A DNA stretch of 64,000 bases, taken from Eledone cirrhosa (taxonomy: Eukaryota). Below are positions 10,911 to 23,800 of the stretch, piece by piece; position 1 is the stretch's first letter, and each line of letters begins with the position of its first letter. The translations under genes were made by a program, and so were the position numbers. Under the pieces are notes generated by a model that did not search any database, was not told the origin of the DNA, and saw nothing but the letters and a program-made list of their open reading frames with translations. The stretch lies in the NCBI GenBank assembly GCA_964016885.1, contig OZ024745.1, positions 104,966,001 to 105,030,000 on the forward strand, written 5' to 3'.

Positions 10911-13900
10911 TTATATCTGTATATAAACATCATTTCAGTTCTTGTTCTAATACTTTCTGTTATGATTCTATGCCATTGAGTATCATGAATGTCATTGTCA
11001 ATGCCAATCCTAATTTCTGATTAACTCTTTTGTTCATGAAATACATAGCAAGTCTATTTCAATTAATTTTGAAAATAACCAACAATTTGAAGAGATTTAG
11101 TAAAATAACTAATTCTGTAATTAAAAAACTGATGTTTGGAGTATTACTTTAAAAAAGTTCTTGCAGAAAATTAGGAAAGAAAGCTTAAGCTTTAGTTTAG
11201 ACATGAAGTCTTTAAAAGGTTTCAATTTAGATATGAACTCTTTAAAATGGACAGTTTTGTGTCAAAAGAGCTAACTGCTCTATTTCAAACTTCATTACTG
11301 CTATTACCATCACAACAACAGGTGTAGCAAAATACACACTGCTATCTCAAATAACACCAGAGAGTCTAATGTTCATCCACTGCCTCCACACACATTGCTA
11401 TCTTCATCACAACAACAGTAGTAGCAAAACAAATCTCAAAAGCCACCAGAGAGTCTCTGTGGGGGTTGCTGAAACTGATACAACAGTCAAGCTGCCACCT
11501 CAAATGACTTCTTTCAATCATGATAACAGAGGAACATATTGGATAATGCAGTTCTAGTCACGTATTGCTTGAGTGAAGGATAATATTTTGATTATAGGTC
11601 TGTTTACAACAGCAATGAGAGAACCTCTCTGTGGTCACCCAGCGTGTTAGAAACAGCAGCCAAAGCCCCTTCAAATCATACTCTAGCATTTTAAAAAACA
11701 GACAGGCTTCATTGTAAAATGCAGTTTTGGTTTACAATGGCTGAAAATAAGATGGAATGGTCATAGTTGGAATGCTTTTGATGACAAGCTTGCTCAGTCA
11801 AAGCTGATCTGGGAGTAAACAGCAATGACAAAATTGGTGAGGCAGATTTTTATTTTCTTTTTGAAGATTTTTAGCTTCACAGAAATCAGAGTTTTTCTAA
11901 AACATTTCTGATGTAATCTAAGGAAAAACTGCACAATATATCTAAAACTAAAACAACTAATTAGGAAATAGAATCAAGTATCTTGTCTAAGGTCACAATG
12001 GAACACAATCAGCTTGATCCATGTTAGTGCTTCTCTAGTTTACACTCTATTGACTCCCTTTTATCAAATTTCATCAGCAAACATGCCAGAACAACATTGA
12101 ACAAAGGAGACTGTACCTGCTAGAAATAGCAGCCAAGTTTCTCAGAAATCACACCTTACCATCTAAAATAAAGAAGTACGTATTAGACAAGGATGGTCCA
12201 ATGATATGATTGTCATAGCTCAAATACATTTGTTTATAGGGCTATGTAGCATTGGGCTAAATGACAATGTCAACTAAAAAATGCAACTCAGTATTTGAAT
12301 TTCTGCCTTCAAAAACCACAAAAGTTTATTTTTCATGGCTTTGTTAAAAGAGGAAGGACAATGAGAATGGTGTGGAAAAGGAAGGAAGAAATCATTATTT
12401 ATGGGTTACTCTTAGACAGGCGACTTGGTTTATGTATTTTTTTCAATAGAGTTACATTGGATAGGAGCCCAGTTGTAGTAGACATGAATGAAGTTTCCAT
12501 GCTCCTAAAAAAAGATTTGATTTATCCTTGTGTCATTTAAACACTCTTTCCCAACCTAGCAATTCTTTAACCTTTTTTGCTTCAATTCGTTTAAAATCTA
12601 AGAAAATAGAAGAGTGTTTCATAAAATTTGGCAAGTTTTTCTTTGAATTGTTTCTTTTAATAGTTAACTGATAATTAAAAAAATAATACTATTACACTGA
12701 TTTTAAAAGTGGTCAGAAGAAAAATGGGTGTAGGATTTCTTGGACTGAGAAAGTGAATATAGGTGATATCTGCATGGAAAGCATGGGAATATAAGAGTTT
12801 CCTGAGTGCTGTAATTCTGCAGAATAAAGACTGGATAAAATGTTTAGTATGAAGTTTGAGGCACTCTAAAGCGAGTAACAGGAGATGTGTGTGTATTTAG
12901 AGAAGAAGGAATCCTTACAGTTGTGGGAGATTAGGTAGAGAAAGAATACATACAGTATAGCGATGAGTTAGTCACTGAATTGTGTTAGAGAGAGAAGGTT
13001 TGCCAGTTTGTCAATGTAGAATATGTGTACATGTTTCAGCAGCACTTTCATAGATGTCTGAGACAGTATTTTATTGTGAAGCACATTTGTATCATGTAGA
13101 TGACAAGCTACTATTCAGAACTGAAGTATTTTTACTTTTTAGATCTGAAGAAGCAAGCAAGCAAGATTTCAGGTACATGTTTAGCTCTGCTATGAATGCG
13201 TTAATTTACTATGAAATGCAATTAGAGATTGAAGGGCCTATCATTTGTAACAAGTTTGATAAGTTTAGCTCTGTGTCATTCATCTGGTGGAATATCATTA
13301 GTGCATTTCATTGATATATACAGTGTACTGTCTGACATTTTGTGCCTTCGAAGAAGATTAGGCTGTGTTCTTATTGCAGGCTGTTAGGAATACTTATACT
13401 CAGAAATAATGAAAGACTAGTGAAGAGATATCTTGGATTATGTTGATGTTAGTTTGTGAGTAAACTGTTATTGAAGTCTGGTGAGTAGTCTTATCTGAGT
13501 ACATGTGTGTGTATATGGAGTGTATGGATGCATGTATATGTAGTAATTGGTAACAGCGACAATGTGGTTGATATACGAAAAAAAAATATGTTGAGACAAA
13601 CCAAACCCTGATACACTTATATTATATAAATCAGTAGAATGCAACAAAGAAGAAACTTTTGTACCAAGGAAATGACAGACATGATTGAAAATTTCATTTA
13701 TTTTAAGGACAACAGCAGTTATTTCCCCAAAGTGCTTGTTAAGTATAATGCTACTGATAAATGATGGCTACCATAGGATCTGTCACTACAGAAGTTATAT
13801 TGCTGGTAACTAAGTAGAGGAAAGAAATTCAAAGGGATTCAGAAAGTGGTTATTTATAAATGTTTCTCTTACTTTTGAGATACTAAAAGAGGAAGCAATA

Positions 13901-14029
13901 GGCTATTAGTTGTTGCTGTAGCTGTTCAGCTCTGATCAAGTATATTTGTAAACTGGTAGAAAGTAGTTTAAAGAAGAATTGATTCATAATTCTATGAGGT
14001 GTGAGTGTGATTGCTTGAAACATATACAT

Positions 14030-14235
14030 ATACACGAGGTCCGAACACAAAGGAACCAAACTTCCTCTATCACTGCCTCCGTTTCTCATGCTCTCTCCAT
14101 CTCTCACTATTGTGAGCAAATGGGCACCCACGCACTGGCCACCCTGTGGCCTTGGTAGACAGAATGGAGAAGGCATTTCCCTGGAGGATATTGAGGGAGA
14201 TGCGCTGAAAGAGCCATTCCAGCTCACAAGGCTAT
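14030..14235. repeat. Unclassified interspersed repeat (also 16328-16408 and, inverted, 61540-61710)
   Basis: Shared GGTCCGAACACAAA-GAACCAAAC...TCACTGCCTCC...CCATCTCTCACTATT...GACAGAAT-GAGAAGGCATTTCC sequence at three loci. Confidence 0.8.
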
Positions 14236-15705
14236 GAGGTTGAGTGATCTTGTAGAAACTATTTCATTGGCTTGTATGTCAGTAAAAGGAAAGGTAAAAG
14301 CAGTTGTCCTACTTACAGATTTAACATATTGTCAAATTTTTCCATATGAGCATGCTATTTAGGGGTGTGCAAAATATTACTTTGTATTTAAGCCTTTTGA
14401 AAATTCTCCTATATCTTACATTTTATAAAGCTGTAGCTGATAAAACTGATAAGCTATGATCATAAGAATATTGGTTCTGATGTAAAACATATATCCAAAG
14501 TTCTGATGATAGTTATCTATTTCTATTGGCTTGCATATTCACATTTATGGCTATATGTTATTTGCATTCTCGTTATTTTTTTTTGTGTGTGGTTTAGTCA
14601 GGAAGTGGGATATGTGCCCCATTCTTTGTATGCCCTATGTGAATCATGAGATCAATACAGCTGATACATAGTTTCACCATCTGTAAGTCAACTTCTGCAG
14701 GAAAAATTGGAATGGAGAAGGTATTTCAGAGGCTTGATGCAATGGGGAGGAAGGACTGAGTAAAACAATTACTACAGGGTGTAGTTGGGGTGAGACAGAG
14801 AATGGCTAATGAGAGGGAGAAACACAGGTATGTCAGATGCAGGTTGCATGTACATAGCATGTCATTCAGAATTTCAGCTTACACTTAAAAGGATTTATGA
14901 GAGTTACACACCAGTATATAACATTTTCATAAATTACTCCCATCCAAATTATAAACCAGTCACTTTATGTCATGGATAGATGAAAAATAAATAAAATCTA
15001 CCCAATTTTAAACTTTATATTGTAATGTAAAATTTGATATCACTGTTTTTTTTTTTTATTTCTAATTAATAAAAGAAGGTATAGTTCGACCATTTTAAAT
15101 TTCAGAAGTTACACTTGTTTAGCAAGTGACTTGTTCTGAGACTGTGTTGAATTTGAAGCACCTACAGCATTTAAAAATCACACAAAATCTGGTATATTTA
15201 CTTATAATTAATTTCACGAAATATATGAAAGGGAATATAATAGCTTTTGTGTGTTTTAAGCTTGCTAAAATGGCTTTTCCATTATCTAATTGCATAAAAA
15301 TTCAGTTTTAGATATATTTTGTCAGTGCTACTACATTTATAAAAGACATTAGGAATATTTGGGAGAAATGAAGTATTATGAGTCTGCTCATTCATAAGGG
15401 TTAAGCTAATAACTTTGATTTTATAAACAAAATTTCTAAGGACTCAATGTTTATTAAGTATATTTTCCTATTGAATCTAAAACATAAATTAAGAAATTTT
15501 CTCTAATTTCTTATTTGTTTGAGGATTATCAGTCCTAGTTCATAATCAATATATTCAAGGCTGGTTAATGAAAATAGTTGTGCTGAAAATAAAAACTTAA
15601 GAGGAAGAAAGATAATGTCCATAGTTTCAGATAATAAAGTTAATCACATATGATAAAAGGTGGGAAATATATTAAATGCATTCAAGCAGTAGAAGTATGA
15701 TGATT

Positions 15706-16050
15706 TAACAGCTGAAGCAGAAACTGTTGAGTTGAACAATCTCCATTCTGTCTCAATGTCCTGAGTTTGCTCAAGGAGTTCTCTGAATTTGAATGCATTA
15801 GTATCTGAGTACTTGCTCCTGACTTCCTTATCCACCAATGCTTCCCACTTTATCCTGGAGGTTGCCCTCGACATTCCAGTTTTGTGGGCTTCTTTGGCTT
15901 TAAGTAGTCGCAAGTTTCAGATAATTAGATGGTAATCCGTTGACAGCTCAGCCCCTCTCTTAACATGAATATTCAGCCCAGAATTGAAGAGATCAGAGAC
16001 AATAACAAAATCAGTTATTGATCTCGGTCCCTGATTCCCTTATACAGAAG
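15706..16050 (-). mobile_element. Internal RTE-like LINE fragment (end of endonuclease + linker) between 15-bp direct repeats
   Basis: Minus strand translates to ITDFVIVSSDLF...HVKRGAELSTDYHLII (APE endonuclease C-terminal motifs). AGAAGTATGATGATT at 15691-15705 and 16051-16065. Confidence 0.75.
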
Positions 16051-16082
16051 AGAAGTATGATGATTAAGGAGTCATAAATAAC

Positions 16083-16250
16083 AATAATTGTTTCTACTTT
16101 AGGCACAAGGCCAGCAATTACTGGAACTTTATTTTATCGACCCCGTAAGGATGAAAGGCAAAGTCAGCCTTGGCGGGATTTGAACTCAGATCGTAAAGGA
16201 ACGTAACTATGCTGGAAAGCATGGCGTCCGACCCTCTACCGATACTGCCA
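16083..16250 (-). mobile_element. SINE family B
   Basis: Same A/B boxes and central domain as 9343-9725. Confidence 0.9.
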
Positions 16251-16734
16251 GATAATGACCACAATGTTGTCATCACAATCACTGGAATGTTATATGTATT
16301 CGTGACATACAAAATTTCATGGAGCATATACACAAGGTCCGAACACAAAAGAACCAAACTCCCACTGTCACTGCCTCCATCTCTCCCGCTCTCCCCATCT
16401 CTCACAAATGAGAAAATGCTGATGTTATTGTTTATAATGTTGTTATTATCTTAATGAAATAGATGATCAATTTTATTGAGTTGTTAGAATATTGGATATT
16501 TGTTCCAGCTCTTTGCACTCTGAGTTCAAATCCTGCTGAGCTCTACTTTGCCTTGCATTCATTATGGAGGTCAATAAAGAGTTGTACTAGCCCAGTGCAA
16601 TTTCTTCCTTTCCTTTTTCTCAAATTGCCACTTTCTTTAATACTGTTTGAAGTCTCTGAGTGTAAGTGATGTTAAGAAATGGTTTAGTCAAATGAAGCCG
16701 TATTAGATGATAACATTATTTATTTAATCTTTAA

Positions 16735-16913
16735 GGGCGGTGGATTGGCAGTATCGGTAGAGGGTCGGACACCATGCTTTCCCGCATAGTTACGTTCCTT
16801 TACGATCTGAGTTCAAATCCCGCCGAGGTTGACTTTGCCTTTCATCCTTACGGGGTCGATAAAATAAAGTTCCAGTAATTGCTGGCCTTGTGCCTAAAGT
16901 AGAAACAATTATT
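16735..16913 (+). mobile_element. SINE family B, full length
   Basis: GGGCGGTGGATTGGCAGTATCGG...GAGTTCAAATCC...GTAGAAACAATTATT. Confidence 0.92.
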
Positions 16914-17043
16914 TATATAATCCTTTTTAAGTTGATACCCATTTTCATGTTAAAAAATAATATTAATTTTATTGTTTTCCATAAGCACCATGTAATTAAA
17001 AAAAAAAAGAATTAAATTATTCTACCTGTTTAACATTATCACA

Positions 17044-18583
17044 GTGGTAAAAGTAATCATCAGACTTAAAGAACTTAACTCCACCACACTTAGACAAAAT
17101 AGATACACATTTAGTTTAGATGTAGTTTCCCTTTACACCTCTACCCTCTCCCCAACCATTGACTTAGTTACGGACAACATCATCACATCTACTGACCTCA
17201 ATTGTTTTGGGCTCACTACTGCTGACAACCACGAGCTGTTCTGTATCATCATGTGCAACACATTTTTCCAGTTTGAAGGCTCTGTCTAAAAACAAATTTC
17301 AAGACTTCCAATGGGGGTCAAGTCTCTCAGGCCTGCTGGCATAGACCAGTTGGAGTGCACAGCACTCACCACCTACTGCTCTTGATTCTTCTTGTCCAGG
17401 TATATGGATGATATTCTTGTACTTATATCATCATATGAAGAAGCTGTCAAGATTTACATCTTTGAAAATGTAGATGTACACGTGAAATTTGCAGTCGAGC
17501 ACCCACACACCACTGTATCCCTATCTCTACTCAACTTTACACTAATAGTCACAGAGGAAGGATCTATATACAATGAAATTCCATTATAACGAACACGGGG
17601 TATAAAAAGAAATCCATTGTAACAAAAAATTCTTTATAATGAGATCGACCAAAACAAATTGAGCCTTTGTTTGTTATTACCTCAGGGATTGAAAAATATT
17701 CGTTATACTGAAAACTTTGTAATAATGGTATTCGTTCATCAACATCATCATCACCATTTTACGTCCGTTCTTCCATGCTAGCATGGGTTAGACGGGTTGT
17801 CCTGTTGTGAGCAGTGTCTGGTCGGCAGACGATGCCTTGCTCATACAGGAACTGATTTGGCTTGATTTCTACAGCTGGATGCCCTTCCTAACACCAACCT
17901 CATTTACAGTGAGTGCTGGGTGCTTTTTCGTGGCACCTACACGTCCACTTTACAGTGTGGGCTGGGTGCTTTTTTGTCGTGGCACCTCCACGACCACCTT
18001 GCGGTGTGGGGGGGGGGGGGGCATATTGTCTATATACTTCAGCTTGTACCCATGGGAGGTCGGGTATAATGGAATTTTACCTGTTCAACAAATTTTACAA
18101 GAAGAATGCCTGCAGAGACATTTTTGTGCTAGCATCTGAATGCTGCATATATGGACCAATGAGCACATGATAAAGAGAGCTTCTGTTAAAAAACATCATG
18201 ACAGATGCTACAGCCAAGACATTAAGATCATTATAGAGGCAACAGAAAGGAATATAGGCAATTTAAAAATCAAAGAGGCCATTATGATCAGCCAGGAAAG
18301 ACTAAAAATAAATAATAGATTGGAAATGCATGAGGCAGACTGGTTGCTCTAGTGATTTGACACATGCATATTTCAGACACGCAGGCCAGTTAAGGAGTAA
18401 AAACACATTGATTGTTCATCTTTCTTTGAACTGTTTCAGCTCCACAATTAAAAAGAGAGTGATAGCCCTGAAATATCATGTTGAAATACATTTGGTAAAA
18501 CATTACTTTGTATTGTTTTATTTGTCATTATTTGCCCTTTGTATTTTTCTACCATGTTGTACCAGCATTTTGAAAATTATCGG

Positions 18584-18585
<2 letters not shown>
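17044..18585 (+). mobile_element. Degenerate Penelope-like retroelement (RT + GIY-YIG C-terminus), interrupted by a MITE and a SINE-like insert
   Basis: FSLDVVSLYT, CNTFFQFEG, LPMG, RYMDDILVL and VKFAVEHP are Penelope RT motifs; EH...LKIKEAIMI...INNRLE is a GIY-YIG tail. Contains stops and frameshifts; ends at a (TA)n tract. Confidence 0.85.
17569..17738. mobile_element. Tc1/mariner (pogo/Tigger-like) MITE fragment nested in the Penelope RT
   Basis: Starts TA-CAATGAAATTCCATTATAACGAACAC, with an inverted TTCGTTATA sub-repeat near the other end; truncated by the next insertion. Confidence 0.5.
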
Positions 18586-18632
<47 letters not shown>

Positions 18633-19508
18633 TACATACATACGTTGAAGTCTAAATCTGTCTCAAGTTCAGTGCTTATCCTGGTTTCCATGGCATTAAG
18701 CAACTGAGAGTACAAGACTTCCCCCTGGACAAGATGCCAGTTCATCAAATGGTTAAAGCACCAGCTAGTAGTCATTTTTAGCTCTGTATAGTGGAGCAAC
18801 ATGAACTGAAGTGTTTTGCTCAAGAACAAAACACACAATCTGGTCCAGGAAATGAACTCGTGACATTATGATTGTAAGTCTCATCACTCTAAATACTTGG
18901 CAAATATGCGTTCACACACTCACACACACTCACATGTGTATAAACCAGCAGAGCATCTATTGGAACATGCATGCCTCATTTCTTTTTAGTCAATACAGAT
19001 CTTTTCAATTCAATGATGTAGCAGCTTTCTGAACTTCTTCCCTCTGCTGACAACAAAGGATATCTCTGCCTTCAGGTTAGCAAAGCATGTGAGAATTATT
19101 CTAGTGCTGGTGCCATGATAAAATTCACTCATCACAGGCTGTAAATTGATTGGTGTTATGAAGGTCATCCAGCCATGTCAAATAAGGAATATATAGGCAA
19201 GACATTGTTTCCCAATGGAAAGCAGACATAAAATGATGAAAATGGTAATGTTGATGATGATAAATTGTTCATTTAGAATGTAATGAATCCTTCCTTTAAA
19301 ATGCTCAATAACCTTCTTTTTAAGGTGTATTATAACCTTTTTAAAATGTGCAATAACTTTATTTTTAGAGCCTACTATTATTTTCTATTGTAAGTCCATT
19401 ATAACTTCTTTAAAGACTGTTATGTCATATGACCTTTATAAAGTATACTATAGCCATCTTAAAAAATATTTTTCTTGTTATTATTGTTTTATTTATTTTT
19501 ATTTACAG

Positions 19509-19652
19509 CCATTTTTGATTGATGGTTTCAAGTTTGATTTCCGTATATATGTCCTTCTAACATCCTGTGACCCTCTTCGTATATTTGTCTTCAAAGATGG
19601 TCTCACACGATTTGCCACCTGCAGATACTGTGAACCTAATACCAATAATATT
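19509..19652 (+). CDS. TTLL6: TTLL6/TTLL13-like internal exon B (144 nt, phase 0-0)
   Basis: tttacag acceptor and gtaagt donor. Encodes PFLIDGFKFDFRIYVLLTSCDPLRIFVFKDGLTRFATCRYCEPNTNNI (TTLL 'KFDLRIYVL...GLARFAT' motif). Confidence 0.97.
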
Positions 19653-19695
19653 GTAAGTTGTGTGATATTTCATATTTAATTAATCTTTTTTTTTT

Positions 19696-20390
19696 TGTAT
19701 ACCACTGTAAAATATATGAAATTTTGTATACCACTATAAAATATATGAAATTTTGTATACCACTGTAAAATATATGAAATTTTGTATACCACTATAAAAT
19801 ATACGAAATTTTGTATACTACTGTAAAATATATGAAAATTTGTATACCACTATAAAATATATGAAAATGTGTATACCACTGTAAAATATATGAAAATTTG
19901 TATACCACTGTAAAATATATGAAATTTTGTATACCACTGTAAAATATATGAACATTTGTATACCACTATAAAATATATGAAAATGTGTATACCACTGTAA
20001 AATATATGAAAATTTGTATACCACTGTAAAATATATGAACATTTGTATACCACTATAAAATATATGAAAATGTGTATACCACTGTAAAATATATGAAAAT
20101 TTGTATACCACTATAAAATATATGAAAATGTGTATACCACTGTAAAATATATGAAAATTTGTATACCACTGTAAAATATATGAAAATTTGTATACCACTA
20201 TAAAATATATGAAAATGTGTATACCACTGTAAAATATATGAAAATTTGTATACCACTGTAAAATATATGAAATTTTGTATACCACTGTAAAATATATGAA
20301 ATTTTGTATACCACTGTAAAATATATGAAATTTTGTATACCACTGTAAAATATATGAAATTGTGTATACCACTGTAAAATATATGAAATC
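19696..20390. repeat. Minisatellite, 29-bp unit, about 24 copies
   Basis: GTATACCACT(G/A)TAAAATATATGAAA(A/T)T(T/G)T repeated tandemly, starting about 43 nt after the exon B donor. Confidence 0.97.
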
Positions 20391-20847
20391 TTTTCTGTGA
20401 TGAACCTTTATTGTTCCACTAATGTTCTAACCAAGATCAGGTTGTTGCTGTGCCCTAGGCTCAGAGCTCATCACCCTCCCTCTTCCTCTCCCCACTCTTC
20501 TGTGACACGAGAGACCTTGCCTTTCCCTTCCTTTTCCATTAACTTTCTATATTTTCTTATTTTACATTCTATTCTTTCTTCTCAATCTATTTTTTTTTTT
20601 TCTATTAAATTTATCACTTATTCCATCTGTAAAACAATGGGTCTTATCCTAGTATAGTATGGTAAAATGACTGATGACCAATTAAATAAAGACAAGATGC
20701 TATCCAGTATATACAATAAAATTTCCAGAGATATGTAACAAGAAAATATCCATGTTCTCAAATATATGCTTGTTTCGGTTTATTTATAAGGTGGTGAATT
20801 GGCAGAGTCTTTAGAATCTTAGTTTAAATGTCTTGGCATTTCTTTAC

Positions 20848-23800
20848 TCAGCGGTCATCCTCCATGCACATCACATCTCCATACCATCTCAGCCTTCTCT
20901 CCTGCACACCAGAACTTATCCCTCTTATACCCAGTTTCTTTCTCAACTCGTCTATGATTGGTTGATCACGCACATTGACATTGCACATCCAATGGATCAT
21001 ACTTGCTTCATTTCTCTCCACCCGTCGCAAATCCTCTACAGTTGCTGCCCATGTCTCACTACCATGCAGCATTGCGCATCTCACACATGCATCATATAAC
21101 CATCCTTTCGTATGCAGAGAGAAATCCTCTTTGTCAACAAAGGAAGCAGCTCCCTGAACTTCTTCCAACCTGTCCTTATTTGAGATACTATGGCCTCGGA
21201 ACACCCCCTCCCATGCTTATCTAATCACCTAGGTAGTGGAAGCTATCAACCACTTCTATAGAATCCACCTGCATTGGAAAAATGTGTCTATCACTGCGAT
21301 TACTACTGCCAACTTTCCCTGTACATCTACTGCATACGTAGTTTTCCCTACCTGTTAGTTTGCCTGTTATCCCACTACATCTCTTGTGTACCCAAGATCT
21401 GCATTGCGTACATTTTATGGAATTTATGCCAGTTCCTTTCCTACATATCGAACATGGCCATTTCCCTGATGGAATCGGAGTATTGTCCTCTCTTCTACTT
21501 ATCAACATTTTTGTCTTAGCTATGTTCACTCTCAGTCCTCTTGATTCCAACTGCTGTTTCCATAGCCAGAATTTCTTCTCTAGGTCCTCTACTGATTCTG
21601 CTATAAGAACCAGATCGTCAGCATAGAGAAGTTCCCATGGACAGCCAGTCTTAAACTCCTCTGTTATGGCTGGAGGACTATAATGAACAAGAGCAGGCTG
21701 AGGACCGAACCTTGATGTACTCCTACTTGTATCTGGAATTCCTCACTAAACTCCATACCTACTCTCACTTTACTGACAGCACCCCTGTACATAGCTTGCA
21801 CTGTCCTCACAAGCCATTCCTCTACACCTAGTTTCCTTAGGGACCACTAGATGACAGATTAGGGTACCCTATCAAAGGCCTTCTCTAGGTCAACAAAAGC
21901 TAAGTATAGTGGCTTATTCTTCTCTAAGAACTTCTCTTGTAGTTGCCTCACTAAGAAGAAGGCATCTGTTGTACTTTTCCCAGGCACAAAACCAAACTGC
22001 ATCTCATCTAATTTGATCCTTACTCTAATCAGTTGCGCTAATATTCATAACCTGATCCATCAGCTTTATGCCCCTATAATTGTTCCTCTCTAGAGCATCC
22101 CCTTTACCTTTGAAGCAATTTATGAGAATACTGCTGCACCAGTCTTTGGGTATGACATCACCATATATAACTTGATTGATGCGTGCAACCAGTTTAATGC
22201 CTACTTCACCTGATGCCTTCAGGATCTCAGCAACTATCCCCGATGGTCCAGCAGCCTTACCATTCTTCATTTCTTTAATTGCCTCTTGTACCCTATATTC
22301 GTCAATCTCTGGTCCCTCTGTTGGGTCTACTGGGGGTAATTTCTCTCTGTCCCATTCATTCTCCACATTCATCAGTCTCTCATAGTGACATTTCTAGGCC
22401 TCCTTCTTTTGATCATTTGTGACACTAAGTACACCGGCATCATTCCGGACACACTTATCTCCAACAACATCCTAATTTGCACTGACACACTGCCTTGCAA
22501 TGCGGAACACTGCACGTCTCTGATCTTCCTGTCGCAGAACATTGGCAAACCTCCTACTCTCAGCCTCCCTGCATGCTAAGTACACCTGACGTCTAGCTTC
22601 TCTCTTAGCGGCTGTGTATCCTTCCCTACTACCACCATTTTCCCAAGCCTTCCAAGCCAGCCTTTTGTCTCTAATGGCCCTATATACCGTGCTGTTCCAT
22701 TACCAGGTCATTCTCTGTCTGGTTGAAGCTCTGCCCCAACCACAAGTTTCTTCAGTAGCCTGCAGTAAGTTGTCACGTAAGAAATTCTAGTTATCATCTA
22801 TGTCATACAACTCTAAATCATCTTCTTTTTCGTCATACACGTCTTGAAGGGCTTTGCTAAATTTATATTTTAATGAAAGGTCTTTTAGCTTCCAGACCTT
22901 TCTTTCCACACCTTCCTGTATGTCTCATTCTTTCTCATGCTTACTGAGATGTCACTAACGACTAAACTATGCTGTGGGGTACATTCTTCCCCAGGGTATG
23001 CCTTAGTATTTGACCATCTGTCTGTCTCGCTGTCTAACTAGCAGGAAGTCAATCTGGTTTATGTGCTCGCCTGATATGTAGGTTATTAGGTGGTTGGTAG
23101 GCTTCTGCAAGTTAGTGTTGCAAATGGTTAGTGCATTTGCATCACAAAATTCAAGAAGCCTCACTCCTTCCTTTCTTGAGCCGTAATCGTGCCCATCATG
23201 TACCCCACTGTATCCATCTTGGAGCTGTCCAACATGTCCATTGAAGTCCCCTCTAGCATAACGATGTCTCTGTTCTCTGTCATTGAGGCTGTTTGTAAAA
23301 GTTGCTCGTAAAAGCAGCCTTTCTCTTCTTTACCTAGGCCCGCCTGGGAGCATAGGCAGAGATGATTGTCAGTAGTCTCTTGCCTACAACTAATCTAAGC
23401 TTAATTATTCTATCACTAACTCTAACTACCTCTATTGTCTTATTGATCCACCTCTCAGCCAGTAATATGCCCACCCCACCTAACCCATCATCATTACCCA
23501 CCTAGAAAAGCTTATAACTACAATGTTTTCCTGTGATTAGTCTTGCAGAGGCACCTCTCCATCTCACCTCTTGCACACAGCACACATCCACATACCTTCT
23601 CTCCAGCATCTCCACTATTTCACCAGATCTACCTGTTAGAGTGCCAACATTAAGTGTGGCAACTCTGAGATGCAACGTCTCGTTCTTTTTCCTCTTGTGT
23701 GATTGCTTGATGATGGTCGTGGGGTTCTCACACATGGCCACATCAGCCACCCCACTACTGTGCACAGCCCTAACATGGTTAGTGTTACTGCTGCTTATGC

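Noticed and set aside
16735-16830. tRNA genes at the A/B-box sequences of both SINE families
   Set aside because: No complete cloverleaf; always followed by SINE body and tail
19818-20372. 184-aa repetitive ORF on the minus strand
   Set aside because: It is the translation of a 29-bp minisatellite cycling through frames; no coding signal
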